From NCBI GenBank assembly GCA_031400455.1, contig JANNPX010000005.1:25577-89576 (forward strand): 64,000 nucleotides of DNA, in the 5' to 3' direction. Shown one piece after another: positions 61,045-64,000 of this stretch. The translations under genes and the position numbers were made by a program. The stretch is from Chloroflexota bacterium. GTDB lineage: Bacteria > Chloroflexota > Dehalococcoidia > DSTF01 > JACRBR01. The notes beneath the pieces are model-generated. The model was not told the origin of the DNA. It worked only from the letters and a program-made list of their open reading frames with translations, and made no database searches. Every line of letters starts with the position of its first letter. Positions within the stretch are counted from its first letter, which is position 1.

Positions 61045-64000
61045 ATGAACCGTAGACGGATCCTGTTAGCGTTGTGCGTTCCAGCCATTGCGCTGGCGGG
61101 TCTCCTTCCGTTCGGCCAAACCTCGCCGACGACCGTTGGCGCGGCAACCCCGACGCCCGCAGTGGGCGGTCAGTGGTCGACCACGGCGACGTGGCCGTTC
61201 ACCGCCGTGCACATGAGCCTGCTCCGTACCGGGAAGATCGCCATGTGGGACGGCTGGGAGATGGACACATTCGCGCGGGTGTGGGATCCGGCCAACAACA
61301 CGTTTGCCGACATCACCAATCTGTCCGGCCTCTTCTGCTCCAGCCACTCCACGTTGTCCGATGGCCGGCTGCTGGTCGTCGGGGGCCACAACGGCGGCGA
61401 GATCGGCATCAAAGACACCAACCTCTACAACCCCGGCACCGATAGCTGGACCCGGGTTGCCGACATGGCGTACCCGCGGTGGTACCCCAGCACCAACATC
61501 CTTGCCGACGGTCGCGTCGTCGCCATCAGTGGGCAGATCACGTCGGACGTCTTCGCCGATACTCCCGAGGTCTACGACCCGGTCGCGAACACGTGGACAT
61601 CCCTGAATGTGAACACGTCCGACCTCCGCGAGCCGGAGTATCCGCTCAGCTACTTACTGCCGAACGGAAAGATCTTCGTGCTGGGCGCTACGCAGGGGAT
61701 TGCACGCACGCTCAACGTGGCCGCGGAGACGTGGACCAACTCTGGAACGCTGCCGACAAAGCACGGTTCAGCCGCCATGTACCGTCCCGGCAAGATCCTC
61801 TACACCGGTGGCACCAGCACCGGTCCGGACAGCCCTTCGCAGAAGAATGCAAACGTCATCGACGAGACCGTTGGCTCCCCCTCCTGGCGCGCGGTTGCGT
61901 CCATGGCGTACCCACGATATGACCACAATCTCATCGTCCTGGCAGACGGCAAAGTGATGGCGATGGGCGGCGCGACCACCATCACGCGCGACGTCTCCAC
62001 AGTCGGCACGCTCCCCGCCGAAATATGGGATCCGGCGACCGAGCAGTGGACCACAGTGGCCACTATGCAAGACCCCCGCATGTACCACTCGACTGCCGTA
62101 CTCCTCCCAGACGCACGGGTGCTTGTTGCGGGCGGTGGTCGCCTCGGCAGCGGTGGCGGTGCGGCGATCAACTACAACACGTCGCAGATCTACTCCCCGC
62201 CTTACCTCTTCAATGGCGCCCGACCGGCCATCACCAACGCGCCAACTCAGACCGGCTATGGCGCATCGATGACCGTCGACACGCCGGATGCGGCCAGCAT
62301 CGGCGCTGTTGCGCTCATCCCGCTCGCGTCGAACACGCACACGCTCGACACGAACCAGCGCTACATCGACCTGAGCTTCACCGCGGGCGCCGGCTCGCTG
62401 AACGTGCAGGAACCGGCCAACGGCAACATCGCGCCACCAGGCTCCTACATGCTGTTCATCCTCAAGACGAACGGCGTGCCCTCCATCGCAAAGATCATCA
62501 ACGTGGGCGGGCCAGCGATCGACAGTCAGCCACCAGCGGTGTCACTGACGTCGCCTGGCGACGGCGCGGCCGTGTCCGGAATGCAGAGTCTCGCGGCAAC
62601 CGCCACGGACGCTGGCGGCGTATACAGCGTGCAGTTCCAGGTGGACGGCGCAAACATCGGCGCCGCCGACACGACGGCGCCATTCGAGATCTCCTGGGAC
62701 TCCAGTTCCGTGAGCAACGGCGCCCACACCATCACCGCACGAGCGCGCGACACGTACGGCAACATCGGCACGGCAACGGCAGCCGTTTCCACCTCGAACG
62801 CCGGCACGAGCGGACTCGTTCTCGCCCTGGGATTCAATGAGGGAGGCGGCGGGTTGGCCGGAGATGCGTCTGGCCGGAACAATACTGGCTCGCTGATCAA
62901 CGCGACGTGGTCAGCGAGCGGAAAGTACGGGAAAGCCGCGAGCTTCAACGGGACAAGCGCCCTCATCAGCGTGCCCGATGCGCCATCTCTCGATCTCACC
63001 ACGGGTATGACGCTCGAAGCCTGGGTGAAGCCGTCTGCGCTGAGCGGATGGCGTACCGTGTTCACCAAGGAGTCCGTTTCCAGCCCGATTCCCCGGAGCG
63101 GTTGGCAAGAGGTCGTGACGTATTACTTGTACGCGAACACCGACAGCAACCACCCCAACGGAGGGCTCGCCACCGCGGCGAACAGCTACGCCGTGAATGG
63201 CACGAACGAGGTCGCGCTGAATTCATGGACGCACGTTGCCGTGACGTATAACGGTTCGAACCTCCGGATGTACGTGGGTGGCGTGCAGGTGGCAAGCCAG
63301 GCGGCGAGCGGCAACATCGCCACGTCCGGCGATTCGCTGCGTATTGGCGGCAATAACATCTGGGGAGAGTTCTTCCAGGGGCTGATCGATGAAGTGCGTG
63401 TGTACAACCGCGCACTCAGCGACGGCGAGATCCAGGCAGACATGGCCGCACCAATCGATAGTGGGAGCGCCACGCCCACGCCGACGCCCGTCGGCACGTC
63501 CACGCCGACTCCCACCCGGACGCCGACGAACACGCTGACGCCGACACGGACGCCGACCCACACCCCGACTCCGACACGGACGCCGACCGACACGCCCGTG
63601 CCACCCACGAACACGTCGACACCAACCCGGACCCCGACGTACACCGCGACACCGAGCGCCACTCCGACGAACACGCCGCTACCGCCGACCATGACACCCA
63701 CGCCGACTCAAACGCCGACGCCCACCGCTACCGTCGAGATCGCGGGTACGGTCACGCCTATCGACACACCCACGCCCACGGCGACGCATACGCCGACGCC
63801 GACTGCTACGGTCGATCCGCTGGACCTCGATGTGGACGGCGTGATCGATACCGGTGACAACTGCCCATCGATCTACAACCCAGCCCAGACCAACACAGAC
63901 GGCAACAACACCGCCCTGAATCGCCCTGGGCAGGACGTAATCGGTGATGCATGTGACTCCGACATCTCAGGCGACGGATACGGCAATCTGGCCAAACTAG
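61045..64000 (+). CDS. Secreted copper radical oxidase (galactose/glyoxal oxidase, AA5-like) + DUF1929 + Ig + LamG + PT linker + TSP3-like repeat; 3' truncated
   Basis: Hand-translated from the ATG at 61045, open through the catalytic and terminal parts checked (absent from the ORF track because it runs off the window); LFCSSH, RWYPS, RMYHST, SPPYL, SNTH; DNCP..YNP.Q and GDACD at the end. Confidence 0.9.
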   Translation, partial: MNRRRILLALCVPAIALAGLLPFGQTSPTTVGAATPTPAVGGQWSTTATWPFTAVHMSLLRTGKIAMWDGWEMDTFARVWDPANNTFADITNLSGLFCSSHSTLSDGRLLVVGGHNGGEIGIKDTNLYNPGTDSWTRVADMAYPRWYPSTNILADGRVVAISGQITSDVFADTPEVYDPVANTWTSLNVNTSDLREPEYPLSYLLPNGKIFVLGATQGIARTLNVAAETWTNSGTLPTKHGSAAMYRPGKILYTGGTSTGPDSPSQKNANVIDETVGSPSWRAVASMAYPRYDHNLIVLADGKVMAMGGATTITRDVSTVGTLPAEIWDPATEQWTTVATMQDPRMYHSTAVLLPDARVLVAGGGRLGSGGGAAINYNTSQIYSPPYLFNGARPAITNAPTQTGYGASMTVDTPDAASIGAVALIPLASNTHTLDTNQRYIDLSFTAGAGSLNVQEPANGNIAPPGSYMLFILKTNGVPSIAKIINVGGPAIDSQPPAVSLTSPGDGAAVSGMQSLAATATDAGGVYSVQFQVDGANIGAADTTAPFEISWDSSSVSNGAHTITARARDTYGNIGTATAAVSTSNAGTSGLVLALGFNEGGGGLAGDASGRNNTGSLINATWSASGKYGKAASFNGTSALISVPDAPSLDLTTGMTLEAWVKPSALSGWRTVFTKESVSSPIPRSGWQEVVTYYLYANTDSNHPNGGLATAANSYAVNGTNEVALNSWTHVAVTYNGSNLRMYVGGVQVASQAASGNIATSGDSLRIGGNNIWGEFFQGLIDEVRVYNRALSDGEIQADMAAPIDSGSATPTPTPVGTSTPTPTRTPTNTLTPTRTPTHTPTPTRTPTDTPVPPTNTSTPTRTPTYTATPSATPTNTPLPPTMTPTPTQTPTPTATVEIAGTVTPIDTPTPTATHTPTPTATVDPLDLDVDGVIDTGDNCPSIYNPAQTNTDGNNTALNRPGQDVIGDACDSDISGDGYGNLAKL
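63472..63815 (+). repeat. Coding low-complexity Pro/Thr repeat (ACGCCG-like units)
   Basis: TPTPTP linker inside the oxidase ORF. Confidence 0.85.

Noticed and set aside
63472-63815. CRISPR-like or VNTR array
   Set aside because: An in-frame Pro/Thr coding linker without constant repeats or unique spacers; no CRISPR array was seen anywhere in the window.

Overview
High-GC (roughly 65-68% by eye) bacterial chromosomal segment, densely coding and mostly housekeeping/metabolic. The gene style suggests a monoderm Chloroflexota (Dehalococcoidia-like) or an actinomycete, but this is inference only. From start to end: tRNA-Gly(TCC), a small unknown protein, DEAD-box helicase, a crotonase / methyltransferase / flavin amine oxidase block, dodecin, MFS, zf-TFIIB protein, 2-hydroxyacyl-CoA lyase-like ThDP enzyme, Csp, LOG, questin-oxidase-like protein, EtfBA, a GGDEF-GAF-GAF-HD-GYP protein, three-domain LigD, an ArsR / cation transporter / ICMT unit, Tat and Sec lipoproteins, and a full SUF operon whose sufB carries an in-frame TAG. 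Then gltBD, a glycosyltransferase/methyltransferase locus with a divergent large GT-C membrane protein, fluC, epoxide hydrolase, CAP protein, an LvaAB-like kinase pair, agmatinase family, DUF2157/GDYXXLXY, birA, lepA, a DrrAB-type ABC transporter with a flavoprotein, and a truncated secreted copper radical oxidase (AA5) multidomain protein. No CRISPR array, integrase or transposase was seen. Best leads: (1) the GT-C protein with an apparently circularly permuted DUF1080-like domain and a C-terminal pilin/GspG-like domain, inside a complete lipid-linked glycosylation locus; (2) a 42-bp direct repeat of the crotonase 3' end bracketing a methyltransferase that lacks a canonical start codon; (3) the amber codon in sufB; (4) several REP-like and micro-tandem intergenic elements. 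All family assignments come from motif recognition by eye, not database searches.
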